Assembly (NCBI GenBank): GCA_016191235.1
Contig: JACPOZ010000001.1
Coordinates: 6,481-70,480, forward strand
Direction of reading: 5' to 3'
Source of the DNA: Gammaproteobacteria bacterium
Lineage (GTDB): Bacteria; Pseudomonadota; Gammaproteobacteria; Ga0077554; Ga007554
DNA length: 64,000 nucleotides
The first letter of the stretch is position 1. Every line of letters starts with the position of its first letter. A program made the position numbers and the translations under genes. Of this stretch, positions 30,531 through 45,292 are shown in pieces. The notes under the pieces are model-generated. The model was given only the letters and a program-made list of their open reading frames with translations, did no database searches and was not told the DNA's origin.

Positions 30531-30556
30531 CCCACCCCTTGCGGGTGGGTTTTTTT
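30531..30556 (+). terminator. rho-independent terminator (paralogous to 27200-27226)
   Basis: cccaccc-cttgc-gggtggg followed by ttttttt. The flanking sequence is also shared with the 3' flank of PEP-CTERM gene 1. Confidence 0.8.
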
Positions 30557-30709
30557 GTTATGCCGCCGCACTTTTTATCTCCCCCACCCCCCCGCCGTTT
30601 TTTCACCCTTGATGAAGCGTGCGCTGTGCGCACGAAACCGCTGGACGGATCATTCTCTAGTCTCTACGCTTGCATCATGCGGACTTCCCCAACATTGAGG
30701 TACTCTCCC

Positions 30710-31216
30710 ATGAAACTACTCATCCTCCGCCACGCCCCCGCCGAAGACCGGGAAATATTCGCCACCACCGGCGAGCCAGATGAATCGCGGCCATTGACAG
30801 ACATTGGCCGAAAAAAAATGCGTAAAGCGACGCGTGGGCTTCATGGCGTGGTCCCTCAGATTGATCTTCTGGCCACCAGCCCGCTGATACGCGCTGCGGA
30901 AACGGCGCGGATCATTGGCGACGCCTACGGCGGGCTGACGGTCGCTGAAGCGCAGGAACTCGCGCCTGGACACGCCCCGGAATCGGTATTGTCCTGGCTC
31001 AAGACTCAAAAGGGGCATGACACCGTCGCCGTGGTGGGCCATGAGCCGGATTTGGGCCATCTGGTGAGCTGGCTGCTATCAGGTAAAAAACAGCCCTTTA
31101 TCGAACTCAAAAAAGGAGCGGCTTGCTTGATCGAGTTCCCGAACGGCATCGTGCAAGGCAAGGCGATACTGATCTGGGCGCTTGCCCCGTCCCAGCTCCG
31201 CGCACTCGGAGGATAG
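30710..31216 (+). CDS. sixA: phosphohistidine phosphatase SixA
   Basis: MKLLILRHAPAE... (RHG-type motif RHA), ..LLATSPLIRAAETARII..VAVVGHEPDLGHLVSWLL. Start trimmed to ATG 30710. Confidence 0.85.
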   Translation: MKLLILRHAPAEDREIFATTGEPDESRPLTDIGRKKMRKATRGLHGVVPQIDLLATSPLIRAAETARIIGDAYGGLTVAEAQELAPGHAPESVLSWLKTQKGHDTVAVVGHEPDLGHLVSWLLSGKKQPFIELKKGAACLIEFPNGIVQGKAILIWALAPSQLRALGG

Positions 31217-32232
31217 TGGTGGATCCCACCGGACTACTGACGCTTTGCGCCGCGCGTGCGGTGCGCGTGATCGCCCTGGCGCAGCTGGACGCCGCTGTTG
31301 CTGCGTATGGGCGGTTTGATAATCCAGACGATCCGGAGGCGCTGCATGATTTCCGTGTGGCGTTGCGCCGGTTGCGTAGCTGCATGCAGGCCTATCAGGA
31401 TGTGCTGTTGGACACTGTTTCAAAAAAGGGCCGGAAGCAACTGCGGCGGTTGGCGCGGGCCACGAATGAGGCGCGTGACGTTGAAGTGCGGATCGAATGG
31501 CTGCGGTCTCACGAACTCCACCTGCCGGCACGCCAGAGGATCGGCTGGCTGTGGCTACTGGAGGGGCTGGAGGCGCGCAAGGCCAAGGCTTACGAGGAAA
31601 TACGCACGCGGGTGATTAAAGATTTTTTACGCCTCGAACCAAAACTCCGCAAGCAACTGCAACGCTATACCGTTGCGTATGATCTGGATGGCCAGGCACG
31701 CGAAATCCCATTTGCCGAAATCATCGGCAAGCACATCAAACAGCACGGCAAAGAGATGGAGCGGGCGCTATGGCGCGCAGCTTCTTCTGCCGATGTGCAA
31801 ACCCTGCACAACACCCGGATTCAGGTAAAACGCCTGCGCTATCTGCTGGAACCAATACAGGAAGAGATCAAGGATGGCAAGCAGATCATCAAGCAGCTCA
31901 AGGAGCTTCAGGATCTGCTCGGCGACCTGCACGACGCACACCTGCACGCACAGGAAATCGCGCTCGCGGTGGAAACCGCCGCCGCCGGGCGCGCACGCCG
32001 CTTGTTGGAAATTGAACTTGGGAACGAGGCTGACCCGGCTCACCTTCGTGCGGAACAGCGGCGCAATGAACATGCCGGACTAGTCACGCTCGCCCGGCTT
32101 GCAAAGGCACGCACGGAGACATTATTCACCGAGATTACGGCCCGTTACCTTGACGACGGCGCACAGACGCTTGTCCGACGCATCGCTCGGCTAGGGCAGA
32201 GTCTGATTGAAAAGGCACGCAACAATAAATAG
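31216..32232 (+). CDS. CHAD domain protein
   Basis: ..EALHDFRVALRRLRSCMQAY.. and ..LHNTRIQVKRLRYLLEP....LKELQDLLGDLHDAHL.. are the repeated CHAD helices. GTG 31216 overlaps the sixA stop by 1 nt (start position approximate). Confidence 0.85.
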   Translation: MVDPTGLLTLCAARAVRVIALAQLDAAVAAYGRFDNPDDPEALHDFRVALRRLRSCMQAYQDVLLDTVSKKGRKQLRRLARATNEARDVEVRIEWLRSHELHLPARQRIGWLWLLEGLEARKAKAYEEIRTRVIKDFLRLEPKLRKQLQRYTVAYDLDGQAREIPFAEIIGKHIKQHGKEMERALWRAASSADVQTLHNTRIQVKRLRYLLEPIQEEIKDGKQIIKQLKELQDLLGDLHDAHLHAQEIALAVETAAAGRARRLLEIELGNEADPAHLRAEQRRNEHAGLVTLARLAKARTETLFTEITARYLDDGAQTLVRRIARLGQSLIEKARNNK

Positions 32233-32259
32233 GCATGGTAAAATCAAACCCAGATTGTT

Positions 32260-32332
32260 CCACGGCGAAATAGGGTTCACGCTGCCGTTCGTGGTGAGCT
32301 TGTCGAACCATGAACGGCTCCTCGACAAGCTC
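32260..32332 (-). repeat. REP-like element, family B (inverted copy)
   Basis: The reverse complement matches 14148-14229 (gagcttgtcgaggagccgttcatggttcgacaagctcaccacgaacggc...ctatttcgccgtgg). Confidence 0.75.
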
Positions 32333-32337
32333 CATGT

Positions 32338-32425
32338 GTAGGTTGGGTCAAGGAGCGCAAGCTCCGGACCCAACAAAATCATTGCTTCAGGCAATGTTGG
32401 GTCCGCTTCGCTTGACCCAACCTAC
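32338..32425. repeat. REP-like palindromic element, family A
   Basis: gtaggttgggtcaagg.....gacccaac...gttgggtccgcttcgcttgacccaacctac. Confidence 0.75.
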
Positions 32426-32472
32426 TTTAAGTGAACAATTTTGGGGCTAATGTACAATCCGGCTTAAACACA

Positions 32473-34011
32473 ATGTCTACCCCTCCAGAAGAGATAAAAA
32501 CCATCGCTGACGTGCCGAATAACGCGCCACCACAAATCGTCGCCGCCATTGATCTCGGCTCCACCAGCTTTCACCTGGTGGTGGCACGCATCATGAACGG
32601 CCAGATCCATGTCGTCGACCGTTTACGCGAAATGGTGGTGCTGGCCTCGGGACTCGATCAGAAAAACCAGCTGGGAGAGCCAGCCCAGAAACGCGCCCTG
32701 GAATGCCTGGCGCGCTTCGGTCAACGTCTGCGCGACATGCCGCCGGGCAGTGTGCGCGCGGTAGGTACCAATACCCTGCGTGCCGCCTGCAATGTCGGCG
32801 ACTTTCTGGAGCGCGCGCAAAACGCACTGGGGCATCCTATCGAGATCGTCGCCGGCCGCGAAGAGGCGCGGCTTATCTACCTGGGGGTAGCGCACAGCCT
32901 GCCGTTGCAGAAGGGACGGCGCCTGGTGGCGGATATCGGCGGCGGCAGCACCGAGCTGATCATTGGCGAGGGTTTTGAGCCACTGCAAATGGAAAGCCTG
33001 CACATGGGCTGCGTGAACATGAGCCGCGCCCATTTCCCCGATGGCGCGATCCGCGCCCGCGACATGCGCCGCGCGGAAATCGCCGCGCAGCTTGAGCTTC
33101 AGCCGATTCAGGCGCAATACCGCCGGCTCGGCTGGCAAAGCGCCGTCGGCGCATCGGGCACCATCCGCGCCGTGGACAGGATCGTACGCGACAAGGGATG
33201 GAGCGACAAAGGCATCACGCGGCCGGCATTGCGCAAACTCCGCGACGCGCTGATCGACGCGGGACATATACAACGCCTGCGCCTGGATGGACTGAGCAGC
33301 GAGCGCATCGCGGTGCTGCCCGGCGGCGTGGCGATCCTGCTTGCGGCAATGGAGACGCTGGACATCAAGTGCGTACACGTTGCCGACGGCGCACTGCGCG
33401 AGGGGCTGTTATATGACCTGATGGGCAGGATACAGCATGAAGACGTGCGTGAAACCAGCATCCAGGCGATGATGACGCGTTACCATGTGGACACTGTCCA
33501 GGCCACCCGCGTCGAACGCGCCGCACTCGCCTGCCTCTCCCAGGTGGCGGGTGACTGGGGCATCGCCAGCGAGGAACATGCCCACTTATTGAGCTGGGCC
33601 GCCCGCTTGCATGAGATTGGCCTGGCGGTCGCCCACAACCAGTACCACAAACATGGCGCCTATCTGGTGGAAAATTCCGATCTGCCGGGATTCTCACGCC
33701 AGGAGCAGGCACGGCTGGCGGGGTTGATCCGTGGTCACCGGCGCAAGTTTCCCATGGCGATATTCATGCAACTGCCCGCCTCTCAAATAGATCAGGAGTG
33801 GCGTTTGTGCATCCTGCTGCGTCTTGCGGTGTTGCTGCACCGCAGCCGCGCCGACGCCGCATTGCCGGATTTCAGGCTGACGGTGGGGCGGCGCTCCGTG
33901 CGCATTCAGTTCCCTGCCGCATGGCTGACCCACCACCCCCTCACCGAGACCGAGCTGGCCGGAGAAGCCGCCTATCTGGCGGCGGCCAACATCAAACTGG
34001 AATTTGCTTAA
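32473..34011 (+). CDS. ppx: exopolyphosphatase / Ppx-GppA family phosphatase
   Basis: ..VAAIDLGSTSFHLVVARI...RAVGTNTLR...DIGGGSTELI.. (ASKHA motifs) and a C-terminal HD-like region. Alternative GTG start at 32431. Confidence 0.9.
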   Translation: MSTPPEEIKTIADVPNNAPPQIVAAIDLGSTSFHLVVARIMNGQIHVVDRLREMVVLASGLDQKNQLGEPAQKRALECLARFGQRLRDMPPGSVRAVGTNTLRAACNVGDFLERAQNALGHPIEIVAGREEARLIYLGVAHSLPLQKGRRLVADIGGGSTELIIGEGFEPLQMESLHMGCVNMSRAHFPDGAIRARDMRRAEIAAQLELQPIQAQYRRLGWQSAVGASGTIRAVDRIVRDKGWSDKGITRPALRKLRDALIDAGHIQRLRLDGLSSERIAVLPGGVAILLAAMETLDIKCVHVADGALREGLLYDLMGRIQHEDVRETSIQAMMTRYHVDTVQATRVERAALACLSQVAGDWGIASEEHAHLLSWAARLHEIGLAVAHNQYHKHGAYLVENSDLPGFSRQEQARLAGLIRGHRRKFPMAIFMQLPASQIDQEWRLCILLRLAVLLHRSRADAALPDFRLTVGRRSVRIQFPAAWLTHHPLTETELAGEAAYLAAANIKLEFA

Positions 34012-35341
34012 AACGGACACCATCGTGCCATCATCCACCCCGACGCTGCGGCGCGAGCCCTCTCTAGGCTCCACGGAAGACGATATTTTCGACGCCCCGC
34101 CATTGCACGAGCAACACCTGCACATGCTGCGCTATCTTGCGCCGTACAGCGCATTGCTGCTGGTGATCGGCGGCAAAGAGAGCGGCAAAACCGCCCTGCT
34201 GGAGCAACTCATCGCCTCGGCCTCCGCATCATGGCGCGTGTGCCGCATCGACGCCACGCCCATGCTGGACGAGGATGACATCCTCGCCACACTCAGCTCG
34301 GAATTCGGCCTGCGCGTTAGCAAGACACAAGACCGCGAGGCACGCCTGCGACTGTTGGGCGAACGCCTGCGCGAGATGAGGTTGGACGCGCATCGCCCGA
34401 TACTGGCGATAGACAACGCCGATCAACTGCGTGAAGCTGCGCTCCTGTTGCTGGCGCGCATTCTTGAAGCGGGCGACGACAGCCAGGGATTACTGACCAT
34501 CATCCTGTTTTGCCAGCCGCAGATCGAACCCATGCTCGCCACCCCCGCACTTGCACCCTTGCGGCAACACATGGCGCATGCTTTCTACCTTCCTGCTGCG
34601 TCCAGCAATCAGAAATCCTCGGGCCAGCCATCAAAAACGGGAAGGAAGGCGCTATGGCTAATGGGCATCGCAATTACCCTGGCGGTAGCTGTATTGCTAT
34701 TGCAGAACCAGATCAACACCCCGCCCGACAAAAGCCCCTCCTCGCCCACATCGACGGCAACCATCGCGCAAGGCAAGGCCATGCCGCTGGAGATCCCGCC
34801 ATTACACCCCACTCCCTCCACGCAACAGAGAGAGGCGGCACTGGCGCAGCTTGCGGATGTGGGTGTGCAGGCCAAGGAGGCTGGGCTCAGCGTCAACAAC
34901 GCGCTGCCCCTGCCCACGCCTGAACCCATGCCGGCACTGCCCGGCGAGGAAGCGCCCGCCAATATTATCCCTTCAGCGCAGCCAGATCACCCCACCGTTG
35001 CAGCGCCTACAAAAAAAGAAACCACCGAACCGGCAGCCGTACTCAAAAGCGAATCCTGGCTGCTCGCGCAGAACCCCGCCCACTACACCCTCCAACTTAT
35101 GTCCATGAAAACAGAAGCGCCATTAAAGGAATTTACCGCAAGCCATCCGCTCACTGCGGAGACCATTTACTTCCGCGCAAACCGCCTCGGCGAGGCACGG
35201 CACGTCTTGCTCTCCGGCATTTATCCTACCCGCGCCCAAGCCGAACAGGCGGCAAAGGACGTTGAAAAACTGACCGGCATCACCCCCTGGATACGCAGCA
35301 TCGGCAGTATCCAGGACGACCTGAAAAATCCCAGGCAGTAG
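34004..35341 (+). CDS. ExeA-like AAA ATPase / single-TM / SPOR-domain protein (DamX-like architecture)
   Basis: Walker A VIGGKESGKTALLEQL, Walker B ILAIDNADQL, TM ALWLMGIAITLAVAVLLL, Pro-rich linker, C-terminal SPOR-like ..HYTLQLMSMKTEAPLKEF....YFRANRLGEARHVLLSGIYPTRAQAEQAAKDV. Start uncertain (TTG 34004 or GTG 34025). Confidence 0.78.
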   Translation: MLKTDTIVPSSTPTLRREPSLGSTEDDIFDAPPLHEQHLHMLRYLAPYSALLLVIGGKESGKTALLEQLIASASASWRVCRIDATPMLDEDDILATLSSEFGLRVSKTQDREARLRLLGERLREMRLDAHRPILAIDNADQLREAALLLLARILEAGDDSQGLLTIILFCQPQIEPMLATPALAPLRQHMAHAFYLPAASSNQKSSGQPSKTGRKALWLMGIAITLAVAVLLLQNQINTPPDKSPSSPTSTATIAQGKAMPLEIPPLHPTPSTQQREAALAQLADVGVQAKEAGLSVNNALPLPTPEPMPALPGEEAPANIIPSAQPDHPTVAAPTKKETTEPAAVLKSESWLLAQNPAHYTLQLMSMKTEAPLKEFTASHPLTAETIYFRANRLGEARHVLLSGIYPTRAQAEQAAKDVEKLTGITPWIRSIGSIQDDLKNPRQ

Positions 35342-35482
35342 ACCTCACACCCAAAAGCCCGTCAAAAGCACGCGGGATTTGGCCAGCACGCCCGCATTGA
35401 ACCAAGCGCCGTGCGCTAGTATACTCAGACTCATTTCCCCTGCGATTTTGCAAGGGGCGGCTAACTCACGATCCAGAATTGA

Positions 35483-39964
<4,482 letters not shown>

Positions 39965-39985
39965 CAAGGCACTGAAAAAACAGAC

Positions 39986-40049
39986 GTAGGGTGCGTCCCA
40001 CGCACCACCCTGCCTGCATCACAACGATGGTGCGCGCGGTGCATCCTAC
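39986..40049. repeat. REP-like palindromic element, family A variant
   Basis: gtagggtgcgtcccacgcacc....ggtgcgcgcggtgcatcctac, between gltB and gltD. Confidence 0.7.
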
Positions 40050-40067
40050 GAAATTTTGATTGCATGA

Positions 40068-41498
<1,431 letters not shown>

Positions 41499-41555
41499 AT
41501 TTGGACACAGAGGAGCTAATGGACAATCTGGGTTTATGGCAACCTTTTGTTTCTC

Positions 41556-41582
41556 CTCTGTGAACCCTGCGTTCTCTGTGGC
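41556..41582. repeat. short REP-like unit, family C
   Basis: ctctgtgaaccctgcgttctctgtggc. Its first bases also pair with cacagaggag at 41506-41516. Confidence 0.5.
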
Positions 41583-41647
41583 TAACTGCTTTTTCCAGGG
41601 TTAAATATTTCTTTGCGCCTTGGCGCCTTTGCGTGAGTAGCCTTTAC

Positions 41648-42712
41648 ATGTCTGAATTGAAAAATGACCGTTTCCTGCGCGCCCTGTTGCGCGAACCTGT
41701 AGATGTCACCCCGGTATGGATGATGCGCCAAGCAGGGCGCTATCTGCCTGAATACCGCGCCACCCGTGCGCGCGCCGGTTCTTTTATGGACCTGTGCACC
41801 AACCCGGAGCTGGCCTGCGAGGTCACATTGCAACCGCTCGAACGCTTCCCGCTCGATGCCGCGATCCTGTTTTCAGACATCCTTACCATCCCCGATGCAA
41901 TGGGCCTGGGGCTGTACTTCTCCGAAGGCGAAGGGCCACGCTTTGAGCGTCCGGTGCGCACCGCCGCCGATGTCGCCGCATTGGGTGTGCCCGACCCGGA
42001 GACCAATCTGCGTTATGTCATGGACGCGGTACGCCTGATACGCCGCGAACTGCATGGCCGGGTGCCGCTGATCGGCTTCTCCGGCAGCCCATGGACGCTG
42101 GCCACCTACATGGTGGAAGGCAGCTCCAGCAAGGAATATTCAAAAATCAAAGGCATGATGTTCGACCAGCCCGCGCTGCTGCACAAGCTGCTTGATACCA
42201 CGGCGCAGTCTGTCATCACTTACCTGAACGCGCAGATCGCTGCCGGGGCACAGGCGGTGATGGTGTTCGATACCTGGGGCGGCGTACTGACTCCACGTGA
42301 TTACCGCGAGTTTTCGCTGCGCTACATGGAACAAATCGTCCACGGCCTGCAACGCGAAAGCGAAGGCCGCCGCGTGCCGGTGGTCCTGTTCACCAAGGGC
42401 GGCGGGGCCTGGCTGGAGGCAATGGCGGATACAGGTTGTGACGCACTGGGCGTGGATTGGACAACTGACCTCGGCGATGCGCGCGCGCGCGTAGGGGGTC
42501 GCGTCGCCCTGCAAGGCAACATGGACCCCTGCGTACTGTACGCCTCCCCTGAGCGCATCCGCGCCGAGGTGGCAACTATCCTCGCCAGCTACGGGCGCGG
42601 CTCCGGCCATGTGTTCAATTTAGGCCATGGCATCCACCAGCATGTCGACCCCGAACACGCACGGGTCTTCGTCGAGGCCGTGCATGAACTGAGCCCTCAA
42701 TATCACAGGTAA
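41648..42712 (+). CDS. hemE: uroporphyrinogen decarboxylase
   Basis: [37 protein letters not shown].. canonical HemE N-terminus. Start at ATG 41648. Confidence 0.95.
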   Translation: MSELKNDRFLRALLREPVDVTPVWMMRQAGRYLPEYRATRARAGSFMDLCTNPELACEVTLQPLERFPLDAAILFSDILTIPDAMGLGLYFSEGEGPRFERPVRTAADVAALGVPDPETNLRYVMDAVRLIRRELHGRVPLIGFSGSPWTLATYMVEGSSSKEYSKIKGMMFDQPALLHKLLDTTAQSVITYLNAQIAAGAQAVMVFDTWGGVLTPRDYREFSLRYMEQIVHGLQRESEGRRVPVVLFTKGGGAWLEAMADTGCDALGVDWTTDLGDARARVGGRVALQGNMDPCVLYASPERIRAEVATILASYGRGSGHVFNLGHGIHQHVDPEHARVFVEAVHELSPQYHR

Positions 42713-42788
42713 TTTTTTGCTCCAGAGGGCGCGGAAAACCGAGACCTTCTTCCTCGGCGACCCCCAAGTCCTCTGGGGCTAATTCTCA

Positions 42789-43658
42789 ATGGGAACAACC
42801 ATGAATTTTGAACCGCTCCGTGAGATGGAATCCTTTAGCAACGAGATGTTTACCCGCATCGTTGCCGTACAGCAAAAAGAACATGCCTGCTGGAATCCCA
42901 CCCTGCCCTTCGCCGATCGCATTAAAGGCCTGCCCTTATACTCCTTAATCTTCAGCAACCCGGATCGAAATGCGGCGACGACCGGCCCGACTATTGCGCA
43001 CTACTACCCGCTGCGTAGCGAAATGCGGAAAATCGCCCATTATGCACGTCAGGTAGCCGCCCAGCCCGTTGTCTGCGACCTGAACTGTGGGAATGGCTTC
43101 ATCGGCAGCCTGCTGGCGCGCGAGGGCGTTAGCGTGATTGGCGTCCGCGATCCCGCCGCCAAGCCTCACCAGATTCCTGACTTCTATGACACCAACGGCT
43201 ATGAGATGCGTAACCAGTCCATCAGCCACGTCGACTTTTCCTTCGACGTCGCCTTCTGCTCCTGGATGCCATCAGAAATTAACCTGACCCCCGGGATTCT
43301 GCAACATTCGCCAAAACTGATTGTCTACGTGTACACGGATCATATCGACGCATCCACAGGCAGGCGGCAGACCGGCACCGCCGAGGCATTCACCCAACTG
43401 CCGCCGCGCTACAAGCTCATCGACGAATGGTCTGTGACACGACAGCGCGACATGATGCACGAAATATGGCCAGAGCTGTCGGCAAGCATTGAGGAAATCC
43501 GCCACGTCAGGATCTACGCCGATGAGCCCTACCATGGCATCAGCCTGCGTGGATACACAGAAGCTGCCAAGGGGTATGATTGGGAGCGCGACATGGAGAT
43601 GACTTTACTGGCGCTGGCCGCGAAAGAACACCTGCGCGCCAGGGGCATTGCCGTTTAA
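42789..43658 (+). CDS. hypothetical protein with a class-I SAM-methyltransferase-like core
   Basis: 289 aa. Motif-I-like VVCDLNCGNGFIGSLLAREGVSVIGV and a later FDVAFCSWMP strand. N- and C-terminal regions not recognised. Confidence 0.55.
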   Translation: MGTTMNFEPLREMESFSNEMFTRIVAVQQKEHACWNPTLPFADRIKGLPLYSLIFSNPDRNAATTGPTIAHYYPLRSEMRKIAHYARQVAAQPVVCDLNCGNGFIGSLLAREGVSVIGVRDPAAKPHQIPDFYDTNGYEMRNQSISHVDFSFDVAFCSWMPSEINLTPGILQHSPKLIVYVYTDHIDASTGRRQTGTAEAFTQLPPRYKLIDEWSVTRQRDMMHEIWPELSASIEEIRHVRIYADEPYHGISLRGYTEAAKGYDWERDMEMTLLALAAKEHLRARGIAV

Positions 43659-43732
43659 CTATTTCCGCAATTAAAACGGTTTTAAGGGCGCAGGCACTAC
43701 TTTAACAATGGATTTCAGGAGGTCCGGTGACA

Positions 43733-44146
43733 ATGGAGAAAAAAACACTCTCCGCCGGGGTGATTGTTATCCGGCGCGAAGAAAACAAAAAGTGGTATCT
43801 GTTGCTGCGCGCCTACCGCAACTGGGACTTTCCCAAAGGAATGGTCGAGGCGGGTGAGGAGCCACTACAGGGCGCCATCCGCGAGGTGGAGGAAGAAACC
43901 TCATTAAATAACTTGACATTTACCTGGGGGAACAGCTATCAAGAGACACCGCCCTACGGTCGCGGCAAGGTGGCGCGATACTACGTCGCCGAAACCCGGC
44001 AGACTGATATCACCTTGCCGATAAATCCCGAACTGGGACACCCGGAGCATGAGGAATATCGCTGGGTGCCTTACCAGGAGGCGCGTGGCATGGTAGCGCC
44101 ACGCGTACAGTCTATTCTTGACTGGGCCCACACCCTGACCTCGTAA
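43733..44146 (+). CDS. NUDIX hydrolase (Ap4A-hydrolase/NUDT2-like)
   Basis: Nudix box GMVEAGEEPLQGAIREVEEETS. AGGAGG 10 nt upstream of ATG 43733. Confidence 0.85.
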   Translation: MEKKTLSAGVIVIRREENKKWYLLLRAYRNWDFPKGMVEAGEEPLQGAIREVEEETSLNNLTFTWGNSYQETPPYGRGKVARYYVAETRQTDITLPINPELGHPEHEEYRWVPYQEARGMVAPRVQSILDWAHTLTS

Positions 44147-44251
44147 AAGCGCCGTAAGAGCGGATGGATACGTGCCTGGACGCTGCCAGATTGATCCTGG
44201 CCAACAGTCATAAATGGTTTCCAATCCTTCAGCAGAAAGGTAAAAAATAGT

Positions 44252-45292
44252 ATGAGCAACAAGGTATACCGCACCTTGCTGTTTTGGCTGGTCTGGGCCT
44301 CTTTCGCGCTCATCGTCACGCTGGGACTGTATGTCGATACCGGCATCTGGGAGTTTATAAAAAACGACACCACCAAGCTCACCTGGGTCATCCTTGCGCT
44401 GTTTGTCGTGAGCATGTTTGTCAGCTTCATACTCACCATGACGCTGACGCGCGAATCCGTTGAAGTGATACACATAGAAAGTATCGCACGGGAAAAAGGG
44501 TTAATGGGCATCGCCACCCCGCTGCAACGCCACGCCTCCCACCGATTCTTCGCCTCGCTTAAAGAGGTGGTGATGGCCAACGGCCCCATCAATCTGGAAG
44601 CGCTGCTCCAAACCGAAATCTCTTTCTATCAACGTGTCAGCCATGGCCTATCGGTGATGGGCAACCTGCTCATCACCCAGGGATTAATCGGGACGGTAAT
44701 GGGTCTGAGCATCACGCTGGCGGGTTTAAGCAGTTCGCTGGAGGCATTAGGACATGACGAAGCACTGCTGCTAGAGGGGCTGCGCAAGGCAATGGGCGGC
44801 ATGGGTACGGCCTTCTACGCCACGCTGATGGGCGCCGTGTTTGGCGGATTGCTGCTGCGCGTCTTCGCCCTGATTACCGAAAATGGGGTTGAGGATCTCT
44901 ATGACCGCATCATGAAAATCTGCCTGGTATATTGCGCGGCCGATTGCAAACAAACGGAAGAAAAGGATGTGCGCATACTCAACGGCGAGGTTGCCGCTCT
45001 GGGCGCGAACGTCAAACTGTTGCAGGAGGCGTTTGCAGGCTCCAAACAAGCGATGGCGGAATTCCGTGAAGAGGCTAAGCGCCTGAGCGATTTTGGGGAC
45101 GGGTTGGAAAAAGGCGATGACCTTGCCGCACTCAGGGAAGCCATCAAGATGCAAAAGCATTACCGTATTCTGCTGCGGCAGGAAATCAAGCTGGTGGATC
45201 AGGTCAACCGCGCCTGGTGGCCACCGCTGAAGAGGCTTTTCCTGTCCAGTCGCAAGCGACGATCACCGCCGCCTGGGTCATCCCATGAATAG
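44252..45292 (+). CDS. MotA/TolQ/ExbB-like proton-channel protein with C-terminal coiled-coil tail
   Basis: 346 aa, four hydrophobic segments. TM3/TM4 carry ..LITQGLIGTVMGLSITLAGL.. and ..GMGTAFYATLMGAVFGGLLLRVFALI.., followed by a ~135-aa charged helical tail. Confidence 0.72.
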   Translation: MSNKVYRTLLFWLVWASFALIVTLGLYVDTGIWEFIKNDTTKLTWVILALFVVSMFVSFILTMTLTRESVEVIHIESIAREKGLMGIATPLQRHASHRFFASLKEVVMANGPINLEALLQTEISFYQRVSHGLSVMGNLLITQGLIGTVMGLSITLAGLSSSLEALGHDEALLLEGLRKAMGGMGTAFYATLMGAVFGGLLLRVFALITENGVEDLYDRIMKICLVYCAADCKQTEEKDVRILNGEVAALGANVKLLQEAFAGSKQAMAEFREEAKRLSDFGDGLEKGDDLAALREAIKMQKHYRILLRQEIKLVDQVNRAWWPPLKRLFLSSRKRRSPPPGSSHE

